Shown in pieces: positions 1-13,050 of a stretch of 64,000 nt of DNA. Position 1 is the first letter of the stretch; each line of letters opens with the position of its first letter. The stretch comes from Styela clava. Taxonomy: Eukaryota. Under the pieces are notes generated by a model. It did no database searches, was not told the DNA's origin, and saw only the letters and a program-made list of their open reading frames with translations. The stretch spans positions 11,656,001 to 11,720,000 of the forward strand of contig NC_135260.1 of assembly GCF_964204865.1 (NCBI RefSeq), written 5' to 3'. The translations under genes and the position numbers were made by a program.

Positions 1-1317
1 CAAAAAGGCAGGTACTAAACGTAAAGAGGACGCCGATTAGCAAAAGCAAGCGGAAAACGGTCGCGAAAGGCGACGAGAAATATGTGCATTGGAGCGTATC
101 ATGAAATACAATCTTTCGCATGTAGTCTTATGGAGTGACGTCAGAGTTGCCTATCATGTTGTTTAATGTCATTGGTCACATGAACAACTCGCACTTATAA
201 GTTATTATTTTGACAGATAAAATTATAGCATAGATTGTACAATTGTTTTTCGAGTATCGCATTTAAAAAGGAACACACAATTTTCATATCACTCGTAAAA
301 ATCGCATCTTTCTTTATTATCTTACGATGTTCGTTTTTCGAAGTGGGATTTTTGTTCTTTCTCGATTATTTCGAGACTATTCTCATGACAGAAATCCATG
401 TAAAACAGGATAAATCAGTCATATTGCTGATAATCACACCAGGATTGTGCATAAGATAATAAATGGCGGAAAGTCGTCCGCAGCGTTGCAGTCCTACCTC
501 GAAGAGGCTCAAAAATATACCCAAAAAGCCTATATATTGATCTTCTAAGGACTCTTCTACCTTCCGAACCCTTCTGTCGATACCGTGAGCAATTACGATA
601 CCGCATTCAAACCTACAAATATATCTAGACTCCCATTAACAGCATAACAGAAGAGAAAATGTTCAATAAAAGTGAAAATTTTCGCATTGGAAGCCCGGGA
701 TAGAGACGAAAAATTATATCGAATCTGTAGGATCCCAATCAGACAGCGTCACCCATGACAAATATGAAAATCCTATCATAGTAATCAATATATTTATATA
801 AACCTTCACGGGTCACAGCCGGATTATGATTCAACAAATTGCAATGGCTCAGCTTTAACAGAAAAATTCTACTCATTGAAGAGAGGTTTCTGATACAAAA
901 CATTATATCCATCGTGATTCGTTGCTGACTAACAAACCAACAAACTGGCTTCTAACAATAAGTAAAGTCATCCATGTGTTTTAAGTATATTTTTTGCAAT
1001 GTTTCTCATTTTAGAAACTATTATGGTTCCATAAGTCCAGATTATCGCAAAAAAAAGAGTCTCAAAGGCCAAAAATATCATTCTATTACCACAGGCTTTG
1101 CGAAACAAATTGAAAGCATTGATTACTAGGTATTGCAGTAATCAAATATTGAATATAAATATGCAAAACTTTACTGAAACAATGGAATTTCAACATTGAC
1201 TGTGAACCTCTACTTCGATACAAAGGGTGAAATTCTGAACGGCTTTGCACAGAGTTGAGTTAAGTTGCTCACAGCTCTTAAACTTGTAGACACATTCATA
1301 ATGCGTAATCTTCAATA

Positions 1318-4300
1318 TCAGTCTTTGGGTGAAACTAATTGTTCCATTGTTTCTGCGGCCCAATCTGGATGTGCTGCTGTTATTTTATCAACCAGAGAAT
1401 TGAGTTCCAAACATAACGATTGAATTTGAGTGTCCCACATTGGTAACATTTCCCTTGCTTTAAAAATAGATGGTACATTTGATTAATTTTATTTTTCATC
1501 TTGAATAATGCAATTGACTGCATTTGAGTATATTGCTAATGCTATACGATAGCAGAGTAAAATAATATAAACAAGCTTACTTTCAAAATGGACAATGCCA
1601 TCAATCTGATCAATATAACCACTCATTCTGTTTTCACTTATCATCTGTGATGCAATTTTTTCTGCCTAAAAAGCATCAATGCAAACAAAAGGTTATCACA
1701 GCTTCACATAGGTGTATGTTAACTGCAGTGGGGATGGATCAGTGTTTGGGATGTTTTCTGAGTCATTAAATCAACCAGAGTTGGACTCATATCACCATTT
1801 ATCAAAGACTCAAGCCATCTAAATTAAAAGACTCCAACTTGCCATCACCTAACCACCAGTGAAACTTAACTCAGAGATTGGCTCGACTTGGGGCTTCGGT
1901 ACTTCTATTCAACACTGGGATAGATATATAAATCAATATAGCTTTGAAACAGGGCTTCCTAAATTTTTAATCTCGCAACCACTTTTTAATATATAATGTT
2001 TTCAGCAACCTCTGTTTAGTCAGCATTGTTATGCAAGCGCACATCTTCTCGGGTTTTACAATCAAGGTTAGCATTCTCTGATCCCATGTATTCTCTTGAA
2101 ATTGTAAAATTCATGTTTTGCACCAGTTTTAATAATTGTGTTTCCAATCAAAAGTCTAAAAAAGTACAATACATAGAGTACTATGTGTGGAATTGGTGTA
2201 CTCTTTGCGCCCCCTAAAATCCGTGCACGGCCCTCAGCAGGGTGTGACAATCAGGTTGGGAAGCCCTGCTTTAAAGAATAACCTGTATTTGTGAAATTGA
2301 GCATCGTGTATAAGTGTCCAAGGTAATGTTCAATCTAGAAATCTCTCGTTTATATTATATTCTAATGACAAACAGAATAATACCTTATCTGCTGATATCT
2401 CAAGGAGAGCGCCGAGGCCCTCAAATGTAATATTGTTATACAATTTGCTGGCAGAAAGGAGATTGTGTTCAGTGACAGCACGATCAAGAATACTTGTTCC
2501 TGTGAAATATAAGTCATAACTGTATTTTATTTTTCATCATATAATTGTGAAAATATGGAGTTTCAAGGCAGAGGGAGATGTCAAAACACTACTGACTATA
2601 ATCTTCAAAACCATTTGCTGAAATTCTAAATATTAAAAAAATTTTCACCTAAAATGGTTCAACACATTCATTAAAAGAGGATTTTCAAAAAAAAAAATCT
2701 CACCATCTGCTGTTGTTGCTTTTTGATGAGGCATCAACTGGTTGGCGAATTCTTCTAATTCATCGGCACGAATTATTCTGTCTAAATACATCTTCTCTAA
2801 TATACCGAATGAAGATAATTGCTGACATCGTTCATCTTTGAATAAAGTTGCCAACATTCTTGATCTTAAAGATTAAAATAAAATCATACTTTCATCAGAC
2901 AAGTATCGTAGTATTTCAAAAATAGATACAATAAATCGAACATAATAGCGCACTGTCAATTGCTTAGATTGGGTTTTTATTCATACATATAGCGCATCGG
3001 GCAATAAGACACAACAATACTCGTTTGGATTGTAGGCAATAAGCAAAAAGAACTACCTGATCCATACATTAGGCGCACCGGCTTATAAGGCATACAATCG
3101 AAGAAAAGATTATATATAAAGCATAACAGGGTGGTCCAAGGTTGAGAGGTCGGCGGGCCGCAAAATTTTTTGTGGATGTTTTGCGAGTCGCGGTCAGAAA
3201 AAACCCAAAATTGATCTAAACATCGCGACTTTACGTATATTTAGAAAAGAGTTTTTCGTCCTAATCAGTTTTTTAATAAGGTAGATATATAAAGCATTTA
3301 GTTATTTTAAAACTGCTCCTCGAGAAATACAGTGGTATTTTCGGTATTCTTTCTTGTGTTCGGTTTTGTATTGTCGCTTCAAATTATATTCTTTCGTGAC
3401 AGATATTACTTGAAAACACACCAGACACTGTGGTTAAAAGTTGTTGTGGGTTAGGAATTGCGTTTACCTCGGTCACCTTTTTTTACACTCATTGTATGAT
3501 GAATTGTTATATTTGACTAAGTTCATTACTTGTGGAAAGAGCAGGCTTGGTGCTATTGTCAAAGAACAACCAAGTTCGTCTAAGTTGGAACTCCGGACCC
3601 AGTTAAAAAAAAACTGGATTGCTTGGCTCTAAGTCAGCCGAGCCACATGGCCAACGCTTGAAAATAGAGAAGTGCTTTAATAAAATAAAGGCACAAAACA
3701 GCTCTCCAAATGAGGAGTTGCTTGACGCGAGCTCAAGGTACGAATTTTTGATAAAAAGCACGACCCATCTCATCGGCATGGTCCTGTCTGCACAAGACAA
3801 TCCATCATCTTATACCGATCACAGGCCGTCATTCCCATACTGGCACCGTATTGACGTTTATAAAAACAACATTGAAACAAACATGAATCCCAACATCGGG
3901 ATTAGGAAAAGGGCTATTCCCAGTTCGCGGGAATAGTTTAAAATAACTCAAAAATGTTCTGCCAAAAAATACAAATATCTGCCAATGATTTAGTGCACAA
4001 CACTGCACACTAAAATTGTTCTGCGGGCCGCACAATATGTGTCGGCAGGCAGCGGTTTGGACCACCCTGAAGTATAATATGATACATAGATTATAACCTG
4101 ATGGAGTAATTTACCTTTGCTGGCCAGCTGGAGCCAATATTGCACAGTGTAAAGCTTTTTCTAATGCTTTCGTTCTTTCGTCCTCATGTATCGTAGTTCG
4201 ATATGATAATTCATTGTATCGTTGAGCAGCTTCAATAAACTTTCTGCGGTAATCTAACACTCTTGCATAACATACCTGAATAACATATGATTTGATATGG

Positions 4301-7300
4301 ACATTGATATTGATATAATAACATACTTCAACTTTTCAAATTGCATTTTCATAAATTTGGTACAAGAGAGATCATAAGCCATGAGGTGTAGGGGAAAGGA
4401 AACTCAAATCAGAAGAAAGTTAGCAAGCATCAGCAAATACCAATTGAACTCAACAAAGTTTTTAATTTTTTAGGGTTCATTTAATTCTTTTGCTCAGAAA
4501 ACTAGCATTGATGTGAAAATCATTAAAACTAGGGCGCTCCACAAGTATGTGCACCAGATGGCGCACAACCTGATAACCCTAACCTGGTACACATATTATG
4601 TTCAGGTTGTGCGCCATCTTGGTGCACATATTTCGGGAGCACCAAAACTTGCAGTTAGGATCAGAGAAGTGGAGTTGGCGTTCTACATTCCTACTGATTA
4701 TGAAGTAGGATATGGGGCCTTATTTTCAAACCTACTCGAGTCTGAAGTCGATATTTTGAATTGTACAGAGTTGGGAGTTGGAACTACGGATTTTTATAGG
4801 ATGGTATCGGAATTTAAAATTCGAAAACAATTGAAACTCATGAACCATCAGGTTAAATAAACATTCTCAACAAAGTCAGCGGTTCCCAAAGGGTGCGCCG
4901 TGGCGATTTCTAAGTGCGCCCCGAAAATTAACATAAATATGTTAAATATAACTAATATATGATTGAATACTCCACTTCTGTTGTTGTATTTATTAAAAAT
5001 GTTTTGTTTCTTTTTTTAAATGCTGTTTATATGAATAAACAAATAATACATTTCACATTTCTATGCTGTTTACTTTCTGTTTCATAGTGTCTGCCTTTAT
5101 TGTCACGCAACAATAGAGGTAGACACACAATGCAATGTCATGAATTATCTGCTGTACAGAGTTAACGAGCATGGGTGATTTTTTTAGTATTGACTTTTTG
5201 TCTTTATTCTTCAAGCCTACACATGTTTACAATCTTCAAAAGACATAAAGTACACATATGAAAGCAGCAATTCTTTTTCGATGGCGCCGCACAAACAAAA
5301 GGTTTGGAAACCGCTGAGGTAATGAATTGAAAAGTTTTCATTATGAAAACTTGGGTTTCTTGCAATTCAAGGCTAGAGTAGGAAGTCAAGATTTCGTTCA
5401 ACCAGTCCGAGGTATGAATCCGCTGTAAATTTATCTTTTTTCTTTATCTATATAGTAAGAACCTCACCTTATAATGGATTTGTAATTGCTCATTTTTGGT
5501 TTCATTTTGTAGCATAGATGCTCTATTGATATAGGTTTCTGCCTGTACTGGATCATCATCTTCCAAAAATAATCTCGCAATTTTCAAGTATGTTTCTAAC
5601 TGAAATAAGAAAGTACAGGTATTATACTTAGAAAAAAGGCTAAATGGGGGTCGCAGTAAAATCTTTTCTGCACTAACTTATGTTGAAATAAAATATCAGT
5701 CACATTTGGAAACAAATGGAGGCAAGATTTGATCTTTGGTGCGAGAATTTTATTATTTTTTTCAATATTTTCTGTATTATTAAATTTTACTCATTTCAGT
5801 TCCTGGGGGTTGCAAAAAAATTAGCTGTGCCAAGTGGATTGTGATGAAGAAAGTTTTAAGAACACTGGGTATCGTATCTCACTGATAACAAACTAACCCA
5901 AGGCGAATAATAATTGAGGGAAATTTCAATGATGAAAAAAGAAAAGTCATGTTCAGACCCATAATCACAGCCATATAGTTCATTATCAACTTTTTCAAGT
6001 TACACAGCTGAAACTGGGTATTTCATATTTTGAAAGTTACCTTATAATCATGATCATATTGTTTCTGTCCTGATTCAATGTTAATTCCAACAAGAATTGT
6101 AGCTGCGTCTTTCCATGATTCTTCATCTTCATAAACTTTTGCTAAATGTTGTCTGATTTGAGCAACCTGAATAGTATTTTAAAGATGTTTTTATGAGACG
6201 TGTACCTTTATATAAAAACAAATATATGAAACCTTGATAGGTTCATGAACTTGAGTTCTTATTACATTATTTGAATTTGAAATTTAAAACATGTAGCCTA
6301 CTACTACGTAGATACATTTTGCCTGCACGCTAAAACTACCCTGATGCCAGGGAAGGACACAGTTTTAAACTTCATGATAGATAACCATATAGCCAACTAA
6401 ACAGAATAGGATATATATCAGTTGGTTTAAATACCATTAAAAAAAAAATTGATGTTATATTTCAAGGAGTTACTCCAGGTGTAATAAGGGTGAAAGAAAA
6501 AAATAAAAGGGGGTTCAAACACAGACTTAATTTAGAAAGGCATAGGAATGATAACAAATATTCATGCTAAACGACTGAAAATAGATTACATCCCAGTTTA
6601 TATCTAACCTTTGTCAATCATTTTTCATGAACTTGATAAAAATACCTGTTCTTCGAATGAAATTACTCTTGGTTGAATTCGATCCAGTGCAAAATGACAA
6701 ACTTCTTTACACATAGCATTATTAAGCTGAGATAGATGTTGGCAAAATTCTGTCATCAATTGACGAGATACTATTTGACTCACATTTTCATTCACCACTA
6801 AAAATCAATAAGAACTAAAATAAGGTAAACGGATAATTACATATAAAGGGCCTAACATGCATATATTCGCAGTACTCAAGTTGAAATTTATATTCAGCAA
6901 TACTAACTTGCATCTATAAACATCTTCAATGCGGAAACTTTTTCATTATCAACCAACTTGAAGCATGCTTCTAATATGTGTTGATATCTGAAATGTATAA
7001 AAATATAGACATGTCCTGAAATATGTTTATTTATGATTGATGACTAATACACAGGCAGACAGGTGAAGGGATTGCAATAATATTTTCAAGACTCCAATGC
7101 ATTTACTGTGAGCTAGCACAGTTCTTTGTCTCTGTTACTATCAGATTACCACACTTTTTCTATGGACTGAGGAAAATATGCCGTTTGATAAGCTTGAAAA
7201 TTTGAGGAAAGGAAGAATTTATTTTCACAAAAAAACTTGAAAAAACAATAATGGAAGTACACATTGCAGCATTGAGAAATACACATTGTCTGTGGAGACA

Positions 7301-7778
7301 AAACATAACCAGAAGCAATTTATGAATAGAAAACCTATGTCATTTTATAATAATGACAGAATAGTAGAGATTGAGAAAGTTTGAGGGCATAAAAATGTAA
7401 AGAAAGTAAATCTTATCCCAACTAGCCCAAAGATAACGGTAAATATATTAATTCTATACCACCAACAGCAAAACGCAAGAAAAACATGGATTCCTTACTA
7501 GCTTAACTAGGTAATTGTATATCAGTATATTCAGATAAATATTGAACAACTTCAAATGAACAATATGCCAAGGCAGAGTAAGACAAAATTGATAGATATC
7601 ATTTGAATCATGTTAATTGTGTGATTCAATAAAATACATTGCTTAGTCCAGTAGTCAGAAGATGATCACTAGTTACATTTGCAAGCATAAATTTATCTCA
7701 CCTTTCAGATAAATCTCTATGTGAACTGCTGGCAGCATTATTGAGAACAGCTAAATCAGCGCGAATGTTGGCTGCCAT
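1318..7778 (-). CDS. COPS4: COP9 signalosome subunit 4. Coding exons 7702-7778, 6908-6987, 6646-6797, 6041-6166, 5468-5599, 4115-4275, 2704-2864, 2384-2499, 1581-1665, 1318-1457 (1230 nt, 409 aa)
   Basis: Spliced translation [30 protein letters not shown]...[21 protein letters not shown]...[25 protein letters not shown]...[15 protein letters not shown]...[24 protein letters not shown]...[11 protein letters not shown]... is recognisably CSN4 (PCI domain). All introns are GT-AG and exon phases are consistent. Confidence 0.97.
1950..2268. mobile_element. hAT-type MITE in a COPS4 intron
   Basis: TIRs CAGGGCTTCC...GGAAGCCCTG; flanks ctttgaaa/ctttaaag match at 6/8 (decayed TSD). Confidence 0.7.
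3127..4069. mobile_element. Non-autonomous hAT element in a COPS4 intron
   Basis: TIRs CAGGGTGGTCCAA/TTGGACCACCCTG, subterminal GCGGGCCGCA motifs at both ends, 8-bp TSD aagcataa/aagtataa (7/8). Confidence 0.85.
4533..4643. mobile_element. Palindromic ~110-bp MITE with an internal AACCCTAACCTGGTACACA module
   Basis: Arms GTGCACCAGATGGCGCACAACCTGA / TCAGGTTGTGCGCCATCTTGGTGCAC. A second family member lies at 10744-11302. Confidence 0.75.
4877..5316. mobile_element. hAT-type MITE
   Basis: TIRs CAGCGGTTCCCAAA/TTTGGAAACCGCTG with subterminal GCGCC motifs; no TSD preserved. Confidence 0.65.
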
Positions 7779-8871
7779 ATATCTTTTTATTCGGATAGAC
7801 TTTTTCTCTTTAACAGAACTGATAATATCGGAATCAAGAACTAAATTTTTCTACATACTCAATAAATGCTCAAATCCGTTGAAACTCTCAGGACTGAAAA
7901 TTTATATTTAGCAATAGAGTAGAGGGGGTGTTTTTTCTATGAAGCACTAGCAGTGACTACTGAACTGAGAAAGAGGAACGGAGGTTAATTTCCACAAACT
8001 ATGCGATTGTGAACACTGGAATATAATACCGAAAAATATTGAAGAAAATTTCTGGTGTCAAAGGTCGGGGAAAATACATTTGTACAACACAGCGTGGTTG
8101 CAGTTAATGGTTGTAACTGGTTTTCAAATAATAAAATAGAACAATTTAAACAAAACTTTTAACTTTAAGTCAATAACTAATATTCCCAACACACTTTTCG
8201 AACTGAAGAACCGAAGCAATAATCGCAAAATCGATCAAACTGTTTTTGTTTGTTTTATGGGGATATTTTGTTACGTATATTTTCTATCAATGTATATGAT
8301 GTCTATCATTGCTACACTAAGAATATTATGTTAATTAATGGACTTGAACCTGCCACCCTGTTGTAATTTTCAAACATTTATTGGTGCTTATTCCTGTCGA
8401 ACACGAGACCAATCGCTCATTCTCTGCTGCTGGCGTATGACTTCGTCTACACGTCTTTGGTTTTTACGCGTGTCGTAATGTCGTTGACTTGGTGTAGTTC
8501 TGCTGCAGTTGGAGAAACAGGGTGTTTTGGGGGATACGATACGATAAGTTATTATATGTTTCGTTACTGTAGAAATTTTTGAATCTATCGTTATCTGTCA
8601 TATATTTAAAAAAATTCGATTTATGTTAGTATAGTTAACGTTAGCCACACGACGGTGAGGTCAGGATAGGTTACGTTTATCAAATTATTACTGTAGCCTA
8701 TTATTGTTTGTTCATCCTGTCTCCGGATTTCATAATCAGTTCTTATTTATTTACCAATCATTTTACTGTTATGCTGATTATGGAGTCGAAATAAACTTAT
8801 ACTTACAGTCTCGATTAAACCTGTAAACGTTTGCGAATTTTCGGTTGGGTTTGCTTTTTTGTACCAAGACC

Positions 8872-9897
8872 CCAGACTGGATTCCATGGCAGGTGCACGC
8901 CCGAGGGCGCTAGCGCTCCGCAAAAATGCACGCGAGCGAAATCAATTTTGCACGCCGAAAATTTGCAATTGCTCACCAATGTAAATCGGTTTAAATGGTT
9001 TTAAAATCAATAATCCAGTAATATAAAGATGCCAAAATATTATAACTCCACAATTGTCGACAAATACCAGCTTGCAAGATTTGGTCTGATCGAAATATTG
9101 CGAAGCAAAAAGACAATGGACCTTTCCCCAACCTTTGACCCGCGAAAAATTCCTCTCATTGTTACGTCCTTTTTTGCATCTTGCTGATTGGCCAAAGCCA
9201 CGAAGTAAACAAGGAAGTCGATGCTCGGGGAAAGGTCCATATCGTGTTGAATGATAGGAAATAGGAATCCCGTGAGAATAGTTATGGACGAAAAGATCGC
9301 CTCCGCACCAATGGCCAAGTACGGCTCTGATTCAGCGTATTTTTTATACAATAATTTTACACGAATGTACTGAACAGTACCGGTATCTAAAGTTGCTCAA
9401 ACACTCCCAAAATTAGTGACAAAGTATGAAAATAATGTTTGGGGTCAAAGGTCAAACGTCCATTTTGCTCTAATTTGACGTATTTTTTATCCATTAATTC
9501 TACGTAAAAACACTACCAAAATTAATGACTAAGTATGTCCATTTTGCTCTGGTTCAACGTATTTTTTATCCAATAATTTTACGCGGATGTACTAAACAGT
9601 ACCGGTATCCAAAGTCGCACAAACACTCTCAAAATTGGCGACAAACTGTAGAAATAATGTTTGGGGTCAAAGGTCAAACGTCCATTTTTTCTCTGATTCA
9701 ACGTATTTTTTATCCGATACCGGTAATTTTACGCGGATGTATTGAGAGGTATCTGATGTCGAAGTCAGTTGCACGCGAGTGCAGTTGTTTTGCACGTCGT
9801 GAGCTATAATTGCACGCCAGGAATTCTTATTTGCACGCGGGAATTTCTGATTGCACGCCCGATTTCTCGTTCAAAAAGGCCATGAAATCCAGACTGG
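8872..9897. mobile_element. 1.0-kb non-autonomous TIR element (hAT-like, 8-bp TSD)
   Basis: 19-bp TIRs CCAGACTGGATTCCATGGC / GCCATGAAATCCAGACTGG (17/19), perfect TSD ccaagacc (8864-8871, 9898-9905), subterminal TGCACGC arrays at both ends, internal direct repeats at about 9360-9740. Confidence 0.9.
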
Positions 9898-10743
9898 CCA
9901 AGACCTGATAACTGGATAACAGAGTTCAAAATACCATATCCTATTTCAGTATTTCATCATACTAAATTTGAAACAAAAATATTATTAGCTGAGCATGAAG
10001 ATTGTTATTTTCCCAAAACCTGTAAGTTAAATCAGCCTTTCAGAGTTAGTTCCAATTCTGCAATAAGATCAGCATATCATTTTCTATTCAGGCCCTTGAG
10101 TATGTGAGAATGAGAACTTAATTTAACTTTTATTGTATTATCAGGGATCAAACATGGGCATTTTCTCTACTGATTTTTATCTGTATTTATATATTTTTCT
10201 TTTTTTTATTTCCTAATTTTATTTCTCGTTTTAGATTGAATCATGATAATTCTCCAGTAATTTATGTAAGCTGTTTTCAGATTCAAATTTACTTCAGTAG
10301 GCTACTTTTTACAGTACCTGGGGGGAGGGGGAAATTGATATTTTTAACATTGTAAGCCCAATAACCAATTTGACATAATGATCTTTTTTTCCTTGTATAT
10401 CTGTAACATATCTCAGTATCTTGTTTATATTTTTTTCCTAGTGATCTTGCCATCACCATTTTATTTATGTTTTTTTCCTTTGAAATTGAAATTTTTATAG
10501 ATTTATATTTGAATTCAGGTATTCTCAATCATATATCTGTATATGGGCCATTCCAAGCAAATGTTAAATTTCATCAATTTATAAAAAAAAGTAATTGTGA
10601 AAAAAGTGAAAGTAATTGTTTTGTATATTTTATATCAAAAGACAATTGAAGGTTATTGGACTGCATTCATTTCATGGATAAATTTAAAATTACACCCAGG
10701 TTTTTGATAATTTACACAAAGTGGCCTGAAATAAAGAAATTTT

Positions 10744-11302
10744 GGACCTCCTGAAGGAGGCGCAGTTCTTACCACTTCATGGCAGCTCCTGCCACGAACG
10801 TACCACGCCGTCTCCTGCCATGGTTTTATGGCGCTATTACCGGTATATTTACAAATTCATGTACCATATTTTAGTTTATCATGCGAAATTATATCTACTT
10901 AAACCCTAACCCCAAATCCATCCAAACTGTATCCATAAGAAAAACATTCCAACTCACCAAGTATTTATCACCATCAGCAAATTAGGGGCAGCCCTGCTAT
11001 TACAGCCGACCTGCCGTGGTTACGGCAGTAAAATTGGTGGTATTCGATTTGCTGCCGCAACCACGGCAGCTCGCTATTGGTTTGTGGCAGCTAAAAAGTC
11101 AGTCGCCGTGGGTTTGGTCTTAGTGGCCATGGTTTGGAAATCCCGCCATGGTTTTGCGGCAGCTGTAGACGCCACAAAATACTTGAAACTGCACTTGTCC
11201 TGAAGTGTGCGCACCAAGATGGCGCACAACCTGAATTCAGATTGTGTACCAGGTTAGGGTTCAGGTTATGCGACATCTTGGTGCGCATACTTCAGGAGCA
11301 CC
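10744..11302. mobile_element. Palindromic MITE (family of 4533-4643) interrupted by a nested 441-bp element (10757-11197)
   Basis: tcctgaag is duplicated at 10749-10756 and 11198-11205. Removing the insert and one copy restores the palindrome (gg..ctcctgaagt.tgcgcaccaagat / atcttggtgcgcatacttcaggagcacc). Confidence 0.75.
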
Positions 11303-13050
11303 GAAATTTTGATATAATAGGCACGTTTTGTGATGAATCGTAACATGAAATGTTTGATTATGTGGTACAGTTATTTAATTTCAAATACAGAAATAGATGC
11401 ACTGAATGCGCTGCTCCTAATGCGCTGCGTGCAATGAGACTTTTAGGGTACCACCACTAATGGAACTTAAGTCAATAAAGCCTAGGTGTTTGCAGTGCTG
11501 TAGGACATGTCTTCATCTATCTAACAATTTATTACCAGAATTTTAAGAGATGATAGAGGGTGCTGTTCCAAAATGGGGCAAATGTTCTGTAGAGTCATGC
11601 CGGTAGAGTAACATACATTGTGCCCATTATTGGCATGGATCTACAGTTTTACATTACGGTAAGTTACTTATTAAGCAACTCATAGAGGGGTTCTTCAGCT
11701 ACTGCACCATCAACACAGTAAAACGGTAATGCATGGTGGATTTGCTGTCCTGTGGAGTCTCGCTATATTTTAATATATATTTTATATCCACTAAGTAAGT
11801 CTTGTATGTAAGTTTTGTGCAATTTTGTTCCAACCCCATAAAGCAACTGATTGGACAATAACACAAAACTTGTAGCTGGAAATGTAAAAAATAGGCTATT
11901 GCATCTAACAACATGCAAAATTTCTAAAATTGTCCAGTAGCGTCACTTGGAATAGCCCATATAAGGATTTATTTTATAATTAAACGAAGTAGTTTTATTT
12001 AGGCAACAAATTTAGTTTGGAAAATGAATTGATATAATAAATTAACTCCTCAATAAAGTATTTTCGAGATATATAATTAGATGGCTAGGAGCTGGAGTCT
12101 CTAAAATTTCTGGTGGCCTTTTTTAATTGTCCATTGAAAAGACCTTCATGCTTTTTTGGTTAATTTTTTAGCTGACTTCGAGCACAGCCATTGAAAATCA
12201 ATAAAACCTTAACCAAAGTCTGACTGATCAGCCTGGGTAACAGCCCAAACCAAACTTTAAAATTATAGAATAAATTATAAATAGCAGCAGAAGCTTTTTT
12301 TTTTCATCAATGTCACTGCAATATATTTACGACTTTTTAATGTGATTGTCGAATGGTAATAATTAGATACAAATGCACCATGCCACGAAGTATGTACCGG
12401 TACATTTAAATTTTAAATGAATTTCTGCAGAGCATATTTCTGTAGTGATATAACGAGTGAAACTGTACTTAGCTAATAAAATTGTGTTAGTTTTCTATTG
12501 ACAGTTAGATTAGTACATGTGTAGTATATATTTTCGAGTCAACAATCTAACATGTTCATTTTCGAAAAAAATTAAAAATGTGGTGATTGAATTATTACAA
12601 CTAAACCCTAAATGTATTTCAACTGACCTGACGATCAACTTATTTGTCATTTATTTTGTAAAAAAGATTGGAAACAAAATGAAAAATAAGGATATACCGT
12701 ACAAAACTATTATATCTACGGTGATCTACCTATATTATATCTACAAATCTATCATATTATACCATGCATGTTCATATAGAAAATAGTGTGCTACATTGAG
12801 GTTCCTTGTAAAGCATTTGAAACTGAAAATATCCAGGAAATTGTGACACGGTAACTGGTGCAGCATTATTGACAAGCCCATTGTATGCTCGTCTACATTG
12901 TTAATAAGAGTTTAAAACAGATGTTTACGAGGCAACCGCTGTTTATATATTCCCTTGCCTAGCTAATATGATTATTTCCTTTCAACTCTATTTTATTTTT
13001 TAAATAAACAGATTTATGGAATAGAAATTGTATATATACACATTGAAATT

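Noticed and set aside
5925-6012. TGATGA...CTGA resembling a C/D snoRNA
   Set aside because: It is antisense to the host COPS4 transcript and has no recognisable rRNA guide.
235-12786. Short ORF-track entries such as 3619-3936, 4513-4860, 9040-9351 and 9525-9809
   Set aside because: They lie in MITEs or introns, have no recognisable domains and often start at non-ATG codons. They are chance ORFs.
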